A stretch of DNA of 64,000 nt from positions 14,100,693-14,164,692 of the forward strand of contig NC_068984.1 of assembly GCF_001194135.2 (NCBI RefSeq), read 5' to 3'. Numbering within the stretch: the first letter of the stretch is position 1; each line of letters begins with the position of its first letter. This stretch comes from Octopus bimaculoides. Lineage: Eukaryota. The translations under genes were made by a program, and so were the position numbers. Shown one piece after another: positions 25,650 through 38,424 of this stretch. Under the pieces are notes generated by a model. It was not told the origin of the DNA. It worked only from the letters and a program-made list of their open reading frames with translations, and made no database searches.

Positions 25650-26120
25650 ATCAATAATACAGAATGGGACAAGAATGCAAAACATCCAGACAGTTAGGTG
25701 ATACAAGACAGGGACAAAACATCCAGAGACGGTACAAAGAAAACAAGGAGAGGTCATTCTGAGTTTTCTTTCCTCAGTCGAGATCCAGATTATCCTGGCA
25801 ATTTCGGCTGGTTATTCTCGATATTGCTCCAATCTGGCCGAAACCTTGTATCCCTGCCGTAAGGCATTATTTCCACACACGCCAGCTTACTATAATTCGT
25901 CCTTAGTCGAAAGACATCTGTTGTTATGTCCGGTTATTATTTTTTTTGTATTTGTGTAACATTGTTCGTTTTTTTCCGTCCTTGTTTTTGTATACATTGG
26001 CTGCTTTCTTCCAAGGAATCTAATGCTCTTAGCTTAGTTTTTCCTTGGGGCTGGCCAGACTGGAGCAATATCGAGAATAACCAGCCGAAATTGCAAGGAT
26101 AATCTGGATCTCGACTGAGG
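25650..26120. mobile_element. Inverted pair of repeat family C copies (Penelope pLTR-like)
   Basis: 68-bp inverted repeat 25772-25839 / 26053-26120 (66/68). The right-hand copy is homologous to 53800-54050, which abuts a Penelope-like RT relic. Confidence 0.6.
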
Positions 26121-26299
26121 NNNNNNNNNNNNNNNNNNNNNNNNNNNNNNNNNNNNNNNNNNNNNNNNNNNNNNNNNNNNNNNNNNNNNNNNNNNNNNNN
26201 NNNNNNNNNNNNNNNNNNNNNNNNNNNNNNNNNNNNNNNNNNNNNNNNNNNNNNNNNNNNNNNNNNNNNNNNNNNNNNNNNNNNNNNNNNNNNNNNNNN

Positions 26300-26337
<38 letters not shown>

Positions 26338-26399
26338 AACCAGAAAGTTTGGAGGTATGAGAGGAGAATACATGATTATCCAACCACCAGACATCCGTA

Positions 26400-26429
26400 G
26401 GGCTACGGCTGTTTCGCAGCCTTCATCAT
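26400..26429 (-). ncRNA. Minimal hammerhead-like motif, family D copy 1 (degenerate)
   Basis: Minus strand ATGATGA-AGGCTGC-GAAA-C-AGCC-GTA-GCCC. The downstream ~65 nt are homologous to 46111-46175. Confidence 0.4.
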
Positions 26430-27159
26430 TATTATGCATGGTTGTTATTAAACAATAGAATTGTTTATTCATAAATTAATACAAAGAAAGAAATCTAACT
26501 CATCAGATCACCTGAACATAATGTTTCAACCTCCGGGTATTTATGACTTATATAAGCCTCGTGAAATAATTTCATCATTCGGATCTACTGGATTTCAGCT
26601 GCAGAGTACTCTCATTTATATTTCTCTGTTTTCAGTTGCTATGCGGACTATCGACCGAGTCGGTAAAATGAGATGTTTATGATATCCACGCAATTCTCTT
26701 AGTCCTTATCTTATACAACTGATTTATATAATACACATATAAAATTTTAAATATAGGGTTAAAATTAGATATTAATTTGGGCGCACTGTTCGTGAGACAT
26801 TTTGAACTTAATTCCTCGATATATAAAGATGTAAACGGATTAATGTCAATGCAGAAACTAGTCCACGTAAATCGACATATACGTAAGTTGATTGACTTAA
26901 CCATTTTTGCCTTCATTTGATTTCTGTAGTAATTACCAGTGTACTTTTTGGCGATTTAATAACGGGTTTTGGCTGTTATTTCAAGCAGGTAGACATACTT
27001 AGTATGTCCTTAGATAAATTATAATCCATCAGCTTTTTAAATGCCATTTTTGGCCTGCAGTCGACTGTATCGTTGATTCTGTTATTATCATTCTTAAATT
27101 AGTGACATTGGATAATAATAGAATTAACGGTACCGTTTGTAAATTGATTATATATATAT

Positions 27160-27211
<52 letters not shown>

Positions 27212-27214
27212 ATA

Positions 27215-27683
27215 CAGTATTCTCTCGACTCTCGCGGGTGTTAAGATCCAAACCCCGTGAGATAGGTGAATATCTGTGAAGCAGAAACGTACTGTACTAT
27301 ACTTATTATTTTTTAATTTGTATATATATGTGTTTTACTATAAATACAATGCAACACCACACACTCGCCTCCCGAGTTTTGCTTTCCATGCTGTATGTGA
27401 GATCTTTGTTTACTCATCTATGGTACGCTTCGTATTTTCTATTAATATATTTTGACTATGTTATACAGTGCAGTACTGTACTGTATTTTCTTTATGAATT
27501 TACTAATTTTTAAACGTGAAAATGCTTACTTTACCACAGAAATAATTAAAATCTAAAAAAACTATAAATACATATCGGCCGCAGATATCGGAGTTCGCGA
27601 TATAAATTTATATATATTAACCAGAATATCTGCGATGTGCTGAGGGTGCGATACGTTAAACGCAATGTGTCGAGTGATTACTG
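27215..27683. mobile_element. Tigger/pogo-like MITE
   Basis: TA|CAGTATTCTCTCGAC...GTCGAGTGATTACTG|TA; terminal 15 bp match 13/15; TA target-site duplication. Confidence 0.7.
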
Positions 27684-28133
27684 TATGCCCTTCTTTGCCG
27701 ATTGACTTCTATTCTTATCCTGCCCTACACTAACGCCGCACGCACACAAACAGTCACAAACATTCACGCTCAAACTGACAACCACATTTTGTTACTAATT
27801 AAATACAGAGTGCTTTTTTGTTCTGGTTCTGTTATATTTGTGTTAAAGCTTCATCATGGCAGAATGGATAAAATGTTTCACAATCACGAAGTACGAGCCC
27901 ATAACATGGCTTTTTGACCAAATTTTTGTTATCCATTGCTATGTGTCATTACCAGCATCTTGAACGAAACCATGTAGAAGGACAATGCAGAATCTTGTTG
28001 TGATTTATGGCAATATGTCCAACGGATTCTGCCTAGCGATATAATGTGTCTTTAGAATGTTCATCCACGTACACAAAAATTCCATGAGCAGATTATTTAG
28101 GTGGTAGAACCATTGAATCCCTATTGTTGTGTC

Positions 28134-28284
28134 CGTGGCTGTGTGGTACGGGGTTTGGAGTTCCCTTCCCAACTACGGATCCCCGGGTTCAGTCTCATTT
28201 CTTGGCAACGTGGGAAAGTGTCTTCTACTATGGGCTTGGGCCATGCAAGTGGAATCGGTAGACAGAAACTGAAAGAAGCCTATC

Positions 28285-28363
<79 letters not shown>

Positions 28364-28510
28364 TGTGTGTGTGTGTGTCTGCTTGTTTGTCTGTGTGTCC
28401 TTGCATTTGTGTCTGTGCCCTACCACCACTAGACAAACATTGCGTCTACGCCTCCAAAAACTAGCGTTTCGACCGAAGAGATCGATAGAAAAAGTGCCAG
28501 GCTTAAAAAA
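28134..28510 (+). mobile_element. Diverged SINE family A-related copy
   Basis: GTGGCTGTGTGG...GGGTTCAGTC...GGGAAAGTGTCTTCTACTATG...GAAACTGAAAGAAGCC, then a microsatellite, then a degenerate 3' half. Confidence 0.75.
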
Positions 28511-29633
28511 AATTACATTATGTGTGCTATTCGCTCGATTAAAATTCCTGTTGCCCAAGTCTGCCCAAGCATATCTGCACTCTTATTATGATTGAAACAA
28601 GTAATAGATAAAAGATATCCGAACTTCTTACCATTAATGTCTAAGGATGATACTCCAAACTCAATTTCTTCCAATTCACGCATATTCTTTTCTATCAATT
28701 TACTAGGATATTAGATATGCACACTACGCCTATTCAACATGTTATAAGTTTGGACATTCTCAAACCTAAACCAGCAATTTAAAAATATAGACTGCTAAAT
28801 GTAACACCTTTACTATTTATGACAGGATATACATAAATAGTAATGCCATGTTTTCCGTCGTTTTTTCTCTTTTTATATGTTGTTACACCTACTTGTTTTT
28901 CAGCCAGGGCGTGTGGCTTGGCCGGAGCATCACCATTCTCCAGAGTTTAGTTCCTATAAAACTGAAGACATTTGCTCATCACGTGTGCTTAATATTTTTC
29001 TTTTGTTTTCGTTTATGCAGTGTTTAACTTTTACTTCTTCATTCGGAGCCTGGGGCCATACTGGGGCAACACCATGTTATTTTTCAGTGTTTAATGTCTA
29101 CACTATTCTGTACAAATAATCATGTATGTCTGGAAATTTTTCATTTGTTTTCATTGTCCTCACGTGTTTTTTTTTTTTTTACTTTTTCTTCTTTCAACAT
29201 GTGTTGTGACCATGCTGGAGCACCGGCATTTTATCTTTCAGAGTTTATTGTCTACATTATTCAATACAAGATACTGATCACGTATGCAGAGAATTTTTTT
29301 CTTTTGTTTTCATTCTTTCATTATCTCTTTGTTTAATATAAAATCAAGAATTAGTTTTGATTTTATAATAGAACTAATGTTGGTGTGTAAACATCGGGTG
29401 TACTCATACTGTATTTGCAAAAGTATGATTGCATGTGTGTATCATATAGACACGATAATGTTGTAGTGAGAACAGTCTGATGCTTTGGGTAGGCTGATTT
29501 CCTATTATTTATTTGCATTCGTCTGAAACACTTTCTATTGTTCGGCCATGTTTGTTAAGTCTAATTTTAATCGTCTATTGGCGGTTCTTGAGTTTTCTGT
29601 TTATCTGTCTTCTCTCTTTTTCCTCTCTATCTC

Positions 29634-29676
<43 letters not shown>

Positions 29677-30377
29677 ATCTCTCTCTCTTTCTCTCTCTCT
29701 CTCTCTCCATCATCTCTCTCGGCATTGGTAATATTTTCATATTGATACGAGAAAATTACATTGCTTTTGTGCTTTATTAATTCCCATGCTGAAAATATCA
29801 TTTTCAGTATTTTTCAAAATTGAAATTGTTTATAACTTGCCCCAGAGGAAGAACCCGTTATAATACTCAAATCTCCACCGAAGCGATTCTGACAAAATTC
29901 TTTCTGCACGATGCAGAATATGAAATAACATAAAGTAATATTTTAACGTCCATACAATAAACTTTCAACGAATTCAGTTCTCATATGTTTAGGTATGGTT
30001 GTGTGTTTGTAAATTTATGTAGACGCATCGCATATGTATGCCTGTTACATATCTGCTTTAATTATGTAAATATTCTTTCGACGAGAGGAGGTGAAAATTA
30101 AGGAAGGAACGAAGCTCACATCCTAGAATCTTGGTAAGAACAACTAGTTGTTACCAAAAACGTTAACTAGTAAACTAGATAGTAGTCGATTTTTTTCAAT
30201 GTCTTTCATATTCATACAATTCTATTAACAGATTTTATTCGAAAAATACCTCTTAAAACGTACTATTTCGTAGCAAGAAAATCCTAGCCCTACATATTAT
30301 ATTTCAGCATTCACAAACACAACAAAATGCTACTCGTAGCTCTGGGGTTTTGCTAATAAAAGTTGACATCCGTGTCT

Positions 30378-30602
30378 GGAAATTTCGTCATGACTAATTT
30401 CGCTGTATAAGAAAATTCGCGGAATGGACAATGATAAAACGGTTTTTTTTTTTTTTCTAAAAAGAATGTATCATAAAAGTTTTTATAAAAAATTAAATAG
30501 GTAAGTCTTTATTCAACATCAAACATTAAAAAAAAATTATTTTGAAACAAAATTTCTTACGGTGAAATTTTCTACAGCAAAACTGCCAACGGCAAAATTT
30601 CC
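30378..30602. mobile_element. Degenerate MITE with GAAATTT-motif inverted ends (Mutator-like?)
   Basis: GGAAATTTCGTCATGACTAATTTCGCTGT at the left and ACAGCAAAACTGCCAACGGCAAAATTTCC at the right form an imperfect ~40-bp IR. Confidence 0.4.
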
Positions 30603-31144
30603 TATTTTCCATCAAACATGAAATGCTTATTTGGATAATATATTTCAATCCTTCAATAATTAAAATTTTCTTCTTATACGCTCTCGTAATTCATCAAAAT
30701 AATTTTCTTACAGAATTATATTGCTTGTATTCTATGGTCAGGCGGGGATTTTTGTGTACGATTTTCTCGCTATCAGGTTTTTTTAGACTGCGGCGATGTA
30801 CGTCGTGTTCTGTAAAACATTTAATGTGTTTTAGGCATGGTTTCAAAATGTGATGCAGAGTCATTATTTAATAATTTGATGTCTACTAATACCAAGGAAA
30901 CTCAGTTGTTTTTTATCCACCCGAAGAGGTAGGTTTACAACATGGAAACACGTTTTCAACCCACGATAAGTTTTGTTTGTATACTTATATTTATATCTTA
31001 TATCGTATACTTATATTTATTTTTATATCGTATACCTATATTTTGCATCTTAGTTGTGGGTTCTGCTATTGTCACAACTATCGTGTAATTTCTAATACAT
31101 TTCGCATATACTACACTCCGTTGCCTCCACACACACACATACAT

Positions 31145-31186
<42 letters not shown>

Positions 31187-31188
<2 letters not shown>

Positions 31189-31776
31189 AGCGAGGTATTC
31201 TGGCTTCATTTCTTTCAAGCCTACGTATGTCGCCGGCTGGCACATCCCAAGTTTCACTGCTGTGTACCATAGACGCTCTCTGAAATTTGCCCGGCCTAAT
31301 CTTATTCTCCCAGCTACTAACGTGGTCACCTAGATAACGGAAGCTATCTACTACCTCTAGTTTACACCCATAGTAGTTGAAGAAGGGAATTTTCTGTACG
31401 TTTTCGATGTCTATTATACCTGTGCATCTTCCACACACAAAATCTAGTTTCCATATTAACATTCCTCTGATGTTGCTTTACTGTTTATGTGTCCAAAGCT
31501 TACACCGGGTCCATCTTATAGAGTTCCTACCTACGCCTTTCCTACAGATCGAGCAGGGCCATCTACCTGAAGGGATTTGCTATTTGTGATTTGTCTGTCT
31601 TCCTACTTACTAAGACTTTGGTTTTTGCAAGGTGAACTCTAAGGCTCTTTGATTCTAGACCTTGCTTCCATACCTGCAACATCTCTAGTTCTGGTAGTGA
31701 TTCAGCTATAAGAACAAGGTCATCTGCATACAGGAGCTGCCAGGAGCAGCCTTTCTTATATTCCTCTGTTATTGCC
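31187..31776 (-). mobile_element. Decayed RTE-clade LINE RT fragment
   Basis: WQLLYADDLVLIAES...GLESKSLRVHLAKTKVLVS...WPCSICRKGVGRNS...FVCGRC...LEVVDSFRYLGD...SETW...RRLERNEARIPRW. Confidence 0.88.
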
Positions 31777-32695
31777 AGAATGACTACCAATAATAATAAT
31801 AGCAACAACAGCAAAAACAACAACAATAATAACAACACATGTCAACCAAACTTCATACACAGTATTTAATTGGCAGTAATACTTGGAACAACTTATGTAT
31901 TCAGAAAAGTGTTGTGTCTCTCTGCTGCGAGATGGAGCTAAGACGTGATATAGATAAATTGGAGATTAAGCAAATGGATCAATAATAATCATAATATTTA
32001 TAATGGTCATGGTAGTCTTAGGTGTAACGGTTGTAGTAATCTCGATCGCAACGTCTAAATCCATGAAGAAATAATTGCTAATCAATGGGAAATATCTCAA
32101 CCTATATTTTATACTTCAAGTGCAGTTTGTTTGAAGCTTGAAACTGATAGTAATGTTGGCATACCACTTTATAATATTGATATCAGCCCAGTTAATAATC
32201 CTGCTTTCACACTTAATTCTAAAAATAGGATTATCTCTAATATATTTAACCGTAATTTCAATATAAGCGATAATAAAGGCCTTTATGATTGTATAAAACC
32301 GCCTTAAACGTCCATTAGGAAATGACTCGTTAAGAAAGTACAATCTACAGTGTGGTCCGAGAGTCTTGTCACCACCTGTAAATATGGTTTTAATTTTCTA
32401 TTAACAGGGAGAGGGTTTCACAAGAGCGATACCAGAATACCCAACAGTTGAAGGACACTGTTTCGGTAGCCTTTGCAACAACCACCAAAGAACAGCTTCG
32501 TAAAATATCACACAGGACATGGCGGCACATCATTTTGTGCCACGAAATGATGATGTCCACACAGACCTTCTCGTTGTGTGACTGTCAGTGTCAATAAAAG
32601 TAAATATAATAAAACCAAGTGAAGTTGGGGTAACAATCACAGACACACAAATACATATGTGTGTGTGTGCGTGCGTGTGTGTGTCTCTGTGTGTG

Positions 32696-32761
<66 letters not shown>

Positions 32762-33070
32762 TTTGAAGGGCTAAAATCGCGTGTTTGCGACTCTCTTTCC
32801 TGAACCGAGCTACGTGTTTTGTCCTTGATCACGATACTTTATTTCACGTTGTTCCGGTTAATTCAGTTGTAGAAATGAGTTGCGAAGTCACTGGTGCCAA
32901 GCAGTACCGATCTTAGCCTCTCCATGCGACAACATCGGTAACGTAGAGCGAGGAGACTGGTATGTATGGTCAATTGGTGGTCTTCCATAAAGTAAACTGC
33001 ATGGACTTGTATCTCGGCTGGAATTTACTAAGTGGAACCGCATGGTCGTTCGTGATCGAAGGGTTTTTTT
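32762..33070 (+). mobile_element. Old CORE-like SINE of a different family
   Basis: TGTCCTTGATCACGATACTTTATTTCACGTTG...TCAGTTGTAGAAATGAG resembles a CORE domain; single copy in the window. Confidence 0.45.
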
Positions 33071-33104
33071 ATCCTTTGTGTGTGTGTATATATGTATACA
33101 CACG

Positions 33105-33144
<40 letters not shown>

Positions 33145-33483
33145 TACATATACATACATATTTGTGTGTGTATGCATGCACTCTCAAAGAAACATTTAGA
33201 CATGTGTGTATGTTCAAAGAATGTATGCGTGTGAATGCATGTGATATGAGTACGTGTGCGTTTACGGAATATCTAGGAGAGACATCTCTCACATTAAACT
33301 ATCATTTAATATTACGTCAATATGCGTGGTACGAGTACTAAATCTTTAACAATATGTCTTCTTTTGAAGTGTTACGTTCTATCAAATATCATTGCACCAT
33401 AATTTTTAAAAGAATTAATGTTGTACACACTAATTAGATTATTTTTTCTACTTTCAAAACTCTATCTATAAAAGATCATTTGC

Positions 33484-33519
<36 letters not shown>

Positions 33520-33889
33520 NNNNNNNNNNNNNNNNNNNNNNNNNNNNNNNNNNNNNNNNNNNNNNNNNNNNNNNNNNNNNNNNNNNNNNNNNNNNNNNNN
33601 NNNNNNNNNNNNNNNNNNNATATACTCCTGTCTGAGTAAATATACATAGGCTTACATATTGATAGTATCGTATGAGATATCGTAAATATGAATTATGTTG
33701 ATAATGATTAAATGTTTACAGAACCTTTCTTGTATATTTCAAACTCGTCATATATTCACAACATTTAGACTTTCAGAAATAGGATTTCTTTCGTTTACTT
33801 TTTATATATTTGTATCTGTAAGAAAATAATAAGTTTTCCTTAGTTAGTATCTTTTCTGTAAACCTAGAAAGCAAATAATCCATTCATCT

Positions 33890-34200
33890 GGATCCATTGA
33901 ATGAACATCCTGTTGCTGTCTTTATCGCTAAGAAATATCTCAAGATCATGGGATCAAACTGTGTAAGATATTGATTTTTCCATCGGAAATCATAAGGGAG
34001 AAGTAATAGCTTGTTAAATAGAGAGCAAACGTCCATTTTCAACGCAGAAAACGAAAAAAAAAATTAGAAACATCTCTCGTAGCAGACGATAATGTTAAGC
34101 ATAATGACTCAACATAATCTGATAGGATTTACTGTAAGCACCAGCTTGGTATCGTTCCAAAATGGCACTTCGCTTTGTTGAATTATTTTTTCATCTTTTT
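33890..34200 (-). mobile_element. Highly decayed Penelope-like RT fragment
   Basis: Minus-strand segments LSDYVESL...RDVSNFF, KMDVCSLFN and DFRWKNQYLTQ occur in the order of PLE RT motifs 2-4. Confidence 0.5.
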
Positions 34201-35764
34201 GTTTTCACTTCTGTCCTAGATTATTGAATGAAACATAGTGAAATGATAAAATGTTTGTTATTTTATGTTTTATTTTCATTTTGTTTATAAAATGCTGTAG
34301 AGTTTCTAAATGATAAGCGGAGTTTGTTTTCTATTTAGCTTTCTTCTAGATATGGTATTTATACTTAGTTTTGTCTCTCAATTTTACAACATCACATAAT
34401 TTACTAGGTGTCTGAAACAAAACACAACTTCTCTAAAAAGTCGTCTCTAATACCCATTACACTGCAACGGACGTAGTTTTAATGTTTACAATAATATTAG
34501 AGCCTGGTTTCTGTTTAATTTTGCAAGGGAAGACATTACCATTAAAACAAAACTCCTATATTTGCTGATGTACACAATATTTTTTGTTATTTACAATAAA
34601 ATAAATGTTAAATGAAATTTTATTAATATTTACAACAACCATAAAACTAAGATATTTTGCAAAACAAGATATTTCTTAATGCTAATAATAAAATTAAATC
34701 AACGATATGTTTCAAAATACGACAATTTATAAGGTTTAAAATATAATTAATCCCATGCTTAGAAAAATTAAAACATTTCATATTTCTACAAACATAATCA
34801 CGCTAAAAGGGTTTTTTTTTCTTTAATGCAAACAATCGATTTTATTACAAGGAAGAGAATAAAACACATAACATTAATATGGGTTAGAATAAGTTTTATA
34901 TTTCTCCACAAGTGGCATGTGACATGGCATTAAAATACATTGTATTTAACTTACAGTTTGGGGGGAACATCTTTTTAAATTCTATTTAACTTTTAAAATC
35001 TAATTCTCTTCTAATCTTTTAGTTTTATTATAGCCATCCACTTTCGTCATTAAATTTGCTTTTCCTAAGCCAGTTACATTTATATGCTGCACAACTGTAA
35101 AAGTGAGAGCGAGGTTGTTATATATTTATTCATCATTTCTTACTTGTTTCGTGATAAATGCATACATATTGCTTCAGAAGAACAACGATCGCTTTTTGCT
35201 TCATTTTTTATTAATGTTAGTGAGCCGTATGATATATGATAGAATAGCAATTAATTCATACGGCTTATAATATCGTTATTGTGGTTGAACTACATGGGAA
35301 GGCTTTTTTAACTCTTCAAACTGGCGACAACACTTTAGCAAGCACGATTCCGTTTGTCTCAACTTCTGGTAGACAAAAGTTGCCGACATCATGGCTTTGT
35401 CCGTGCAGCTAAAAGGAGGGATATTTTTATCCCATTTAGCGAAAGTTAAACACAGAAATATACGGTCATTTGCTTTAGCGCCTTAAGCTGCAGAGTGAAA
35501 CAAAATCGCACCCTCTAAGGCGTACTCACGACTTCAACGGGTTATGCACCATGTAGAGGAAAAGCAATCCAGCCATTCTCAGAAGAACAGCGATTATCTT
35601 ATTTACTGCTATTTTTTTTAAGAAGGGAGATTGTGATATGATAGCGAATTGCCTAATTCTAGAAGATCGAATGCTGACATAGTAGCTTCCTTGTGAGCAT
35701 GCATATTTCCGAACGTGTAGAAAAATTACAACCTGATGGATACCAAAACGTGAAACCAATAAAA

Positions 35765-35954
35765 TATATGTTGTTGTACTTGGGGATGGTCATATTGCCA
35801 GTTTAGCCAATAAAAACACACGCACTGTATATTTGGTGTTAATTTGCTTCAGCTTTATATTACATTATATTACATTAATCCTATTTCGGCCAGAGTTCTT
35901 TCGTCACACTTCTGTGACCTCATCAGTGGTCCTTTGCTTTCTTCTTTTTTATGT
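35765..35954 (-). mobile_element. Hammerhead-bearing short repeat, family HH-A copy 1
   Basis: About 190 bp nearly identical to 51163-51349 and 55280-55387; ends in TA repeats. Confidence 0.85.
35888..35932 (-). ncRNA. Minimal type I hammerhead ribozyme motif
   Basis: GGACCA-CTGATGA-G-GTCACA(GAAG)TGTGAC-GAAAG(AA)CTC^TGGCC. Intact core, 6-bp stem II, 2-bp stem III, CCA/TGG stem I. Confidence 0.78.
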
Positions 35955-36623
35955 AAACGGAACAATAAAATATAATATACATGTAAAATACACAAGTACA
36001 ATATACATGCTACAGATTTGCTTATCTTAATTCTCGTTGTCATCAACATCATTTAACAACAACTCGTAGTGGTTGATATCAGACAATTCAATATCCAAAA
36101 GTAATTTCGAATGATCAGGTACATTATTATTGGCACGCAATGTTTCGATTAAATGTAATATCACATTTAATAGAAGCATTTCGTTCAAGTGACATTATAC
36201 AAGTAATTAGTAGACAAAGTCTTCCTCTATGCATATTTAAATCAAAAGTTAACAGCCCAGAGAGATAACACAAGCCTGCTGGATTTCGTATGCAGAATGA
36301 ACTTCTAAGTCATTTTTCCTGAAAATATTATTTATATTATAGCCTGTTCACAGGTTGTTTTATGAAGTAAAAATTTTAAAAAGTACTCCGTTCGTTAAAT
36401 ATATGTGCTATTTCAGATTTGCCCAAAAAGTTAATGGAAATTTAACGAACTTTAAATATTTTATTACGAAAAATTTTAGAATAGTACAGCTTAGATGAAG
36501 CACTGTGTGATATAGAGTAAATGATTTATGCTTTTCAAACACTAAGTCAAAGCGTGGTATAAGAAGTAAGATAAGTGAAATGTTTGCGATTCTATCTTAT
36601 ATTTTAATATTTCATGGATAAGA

Positions 36624-36710
<87 letters not shown>

Positions 36711-37123
36711 TCCCTCTCTCTTCAGAAAAAAGAAATTGAAGTTAAGCTTTGAATTACTCAAAATATGAATGAAGTGCTAACAAAATGTCTGCAAACAAGC
36801 AAGACAAACTTGTTATAATGCTTTGGATAGGCAAAGTGTTAATAGGGTTAATACAGGGTTTGGATTGGTGATGATGATAGCTTCCATTATACTCCGATTA
36901 CCTATGTTCCGTTTTGTGGCATCAATGGAAGTTAGGTGTCTAGATTCTGACATTGCCGTAGGTACTTTTTTGATGGAAGAAACAGCAGTGTAGAGGTGTT
37001 TCTTAAGACGGGTGGACACTTGTCAAATACGGCTCTAACGGCATTTTAGGGTATACATATATATGCGTATGCGTGTAAGAGTGTGTGATTGCGTACGCAT
37101 GTGTGATTGTATATGCATGGGTG

Positions 37124-37156
<33 letters not shown>

Positions 37157-37631
37157 GATATATATGTATATGTATATATATCACGTGAATGGACATGATT
37201 AGCGAGAGAGTGACTCCATATTTGCGGGGGTGTAGTATGAATTATTGGAAATCAATGTTGTCTAAACACCTGCCATCCATCTTATTATTGTATGAATTAT
37301 AAATCCTTGATATTTCTGAGGGAGTGAAAAGTGATATATTATCATTGTGAAGAAAGTTCAGACTATACACGTCACTAATTCTTTGTCGCACTCTTCTTTA
37401 TTAAACCACCTTATTTTCCTTTTACTATTCTCTCGTGCTGTGTGTAATTGTCCTTGGGAGTTTATTATCCATGGGGTTTAAATGTCCTAGACTCATATGG
37501 GTTCACACTTAGTTTTCTGCAAGGGTCGTTTTACCCCTCATAAAGTTTAATGTTTTACTTTATTATCTTATTGGTAATAGTTGTGCTTAAGCTGAAATCC
37601 TTCAAACTTGTTCTTAAATACTAGCTGGTTC

Positions 37632-37796
37632 TATGCATAGGAGTGGGTGCGTGGTATGTAGCTTGCCTACCAATCACATGGCTCCGGATTCAGTCCCACT
37701 GCGTGGCACCTTGGGTGAGTGTCTTCTACTATAGCCTCGGGCCGACCAAAGCCTTGTGAGTGGATTTGGTAGAGGGAACCTGAAAGAAGCTCGTCG

Positions 37797-37827
<31 letters not shown>

Positions 37828-38082
37828 ATGTGTGTGTGTGTGTGTATGTGCGTGTGTGTGTGTGTATGTGTGTTTGCTCCTCTCCCCAACATCGCTTGAC
37901 AATCGATGTTGGTGTGTTTACGTCCCCGTAGCTTAGCGGTTCGACAAAAGACACCGATAGAATAAGTACTAGGCTCACAAGAAATAAGTCCTGGGTTCTA
38001 TTTGCTCGACTAAAGGCGGTGCTCCACCATGGCCGCAGTCAAATGACTGAAACAATTAAAAGGAATAAAAAAGAATAAAAGA
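37632..38082 (+). mobile_element. SINE family A, full length
   Basis: End-to-end homology; internal microsatellite at 37797-37872; (AAAAGAAT)-like tail. Confidence 0.9.
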
Positions 38083-38206
38083 AGTGTGTGGCCATGCATA
38101 ATTGCACAGGATTACTAAACCGACATCTCTACACCAACTGTAGCTCTGTGGAGGTGCATTTTTGGAGGGGGTCAAAGAATATCAATCCCATGATATTTTT
38201 CAAATG

Positions 38207-38424
38207 AAAGCGGCGAGGTGGCAGAAACGTTAGTACGCCGAGCGAAATGCTTAGCAATATTTCGTATGTCTTTACGTTCTGATTTCAAATTCCGCCGAGG
38301 TCAACTTTGTCGTTCATCCTTTCGGGGTCGATATATTAAGTACCAGTTGCGTACTGGGGTCGATCTAACCGACTAGCCCCCTTCCACAAAATTTCGGGCC
38401 TCGTGCCTAGAGCAGAAAAAATAT
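38207..38424 (+). mobile_element. SINE family B, monomer with tail 2
   Basis: AAAGCGGCGAGGTGGCAGAAACGTTAG...GGGGTCGATATATTAAGTACCAG...AAAATTTCGGGCCTCGTGCCTAGAG. Confidence 0.9.

Noticed and set aside
32455-32490. GG-CTA-CC-GAAAC-AGT-GTC on the minus strand
   Set aside because: The 3' half looks hammerhead-like but the CUGANGA core has three mismatches, and it is single copy.
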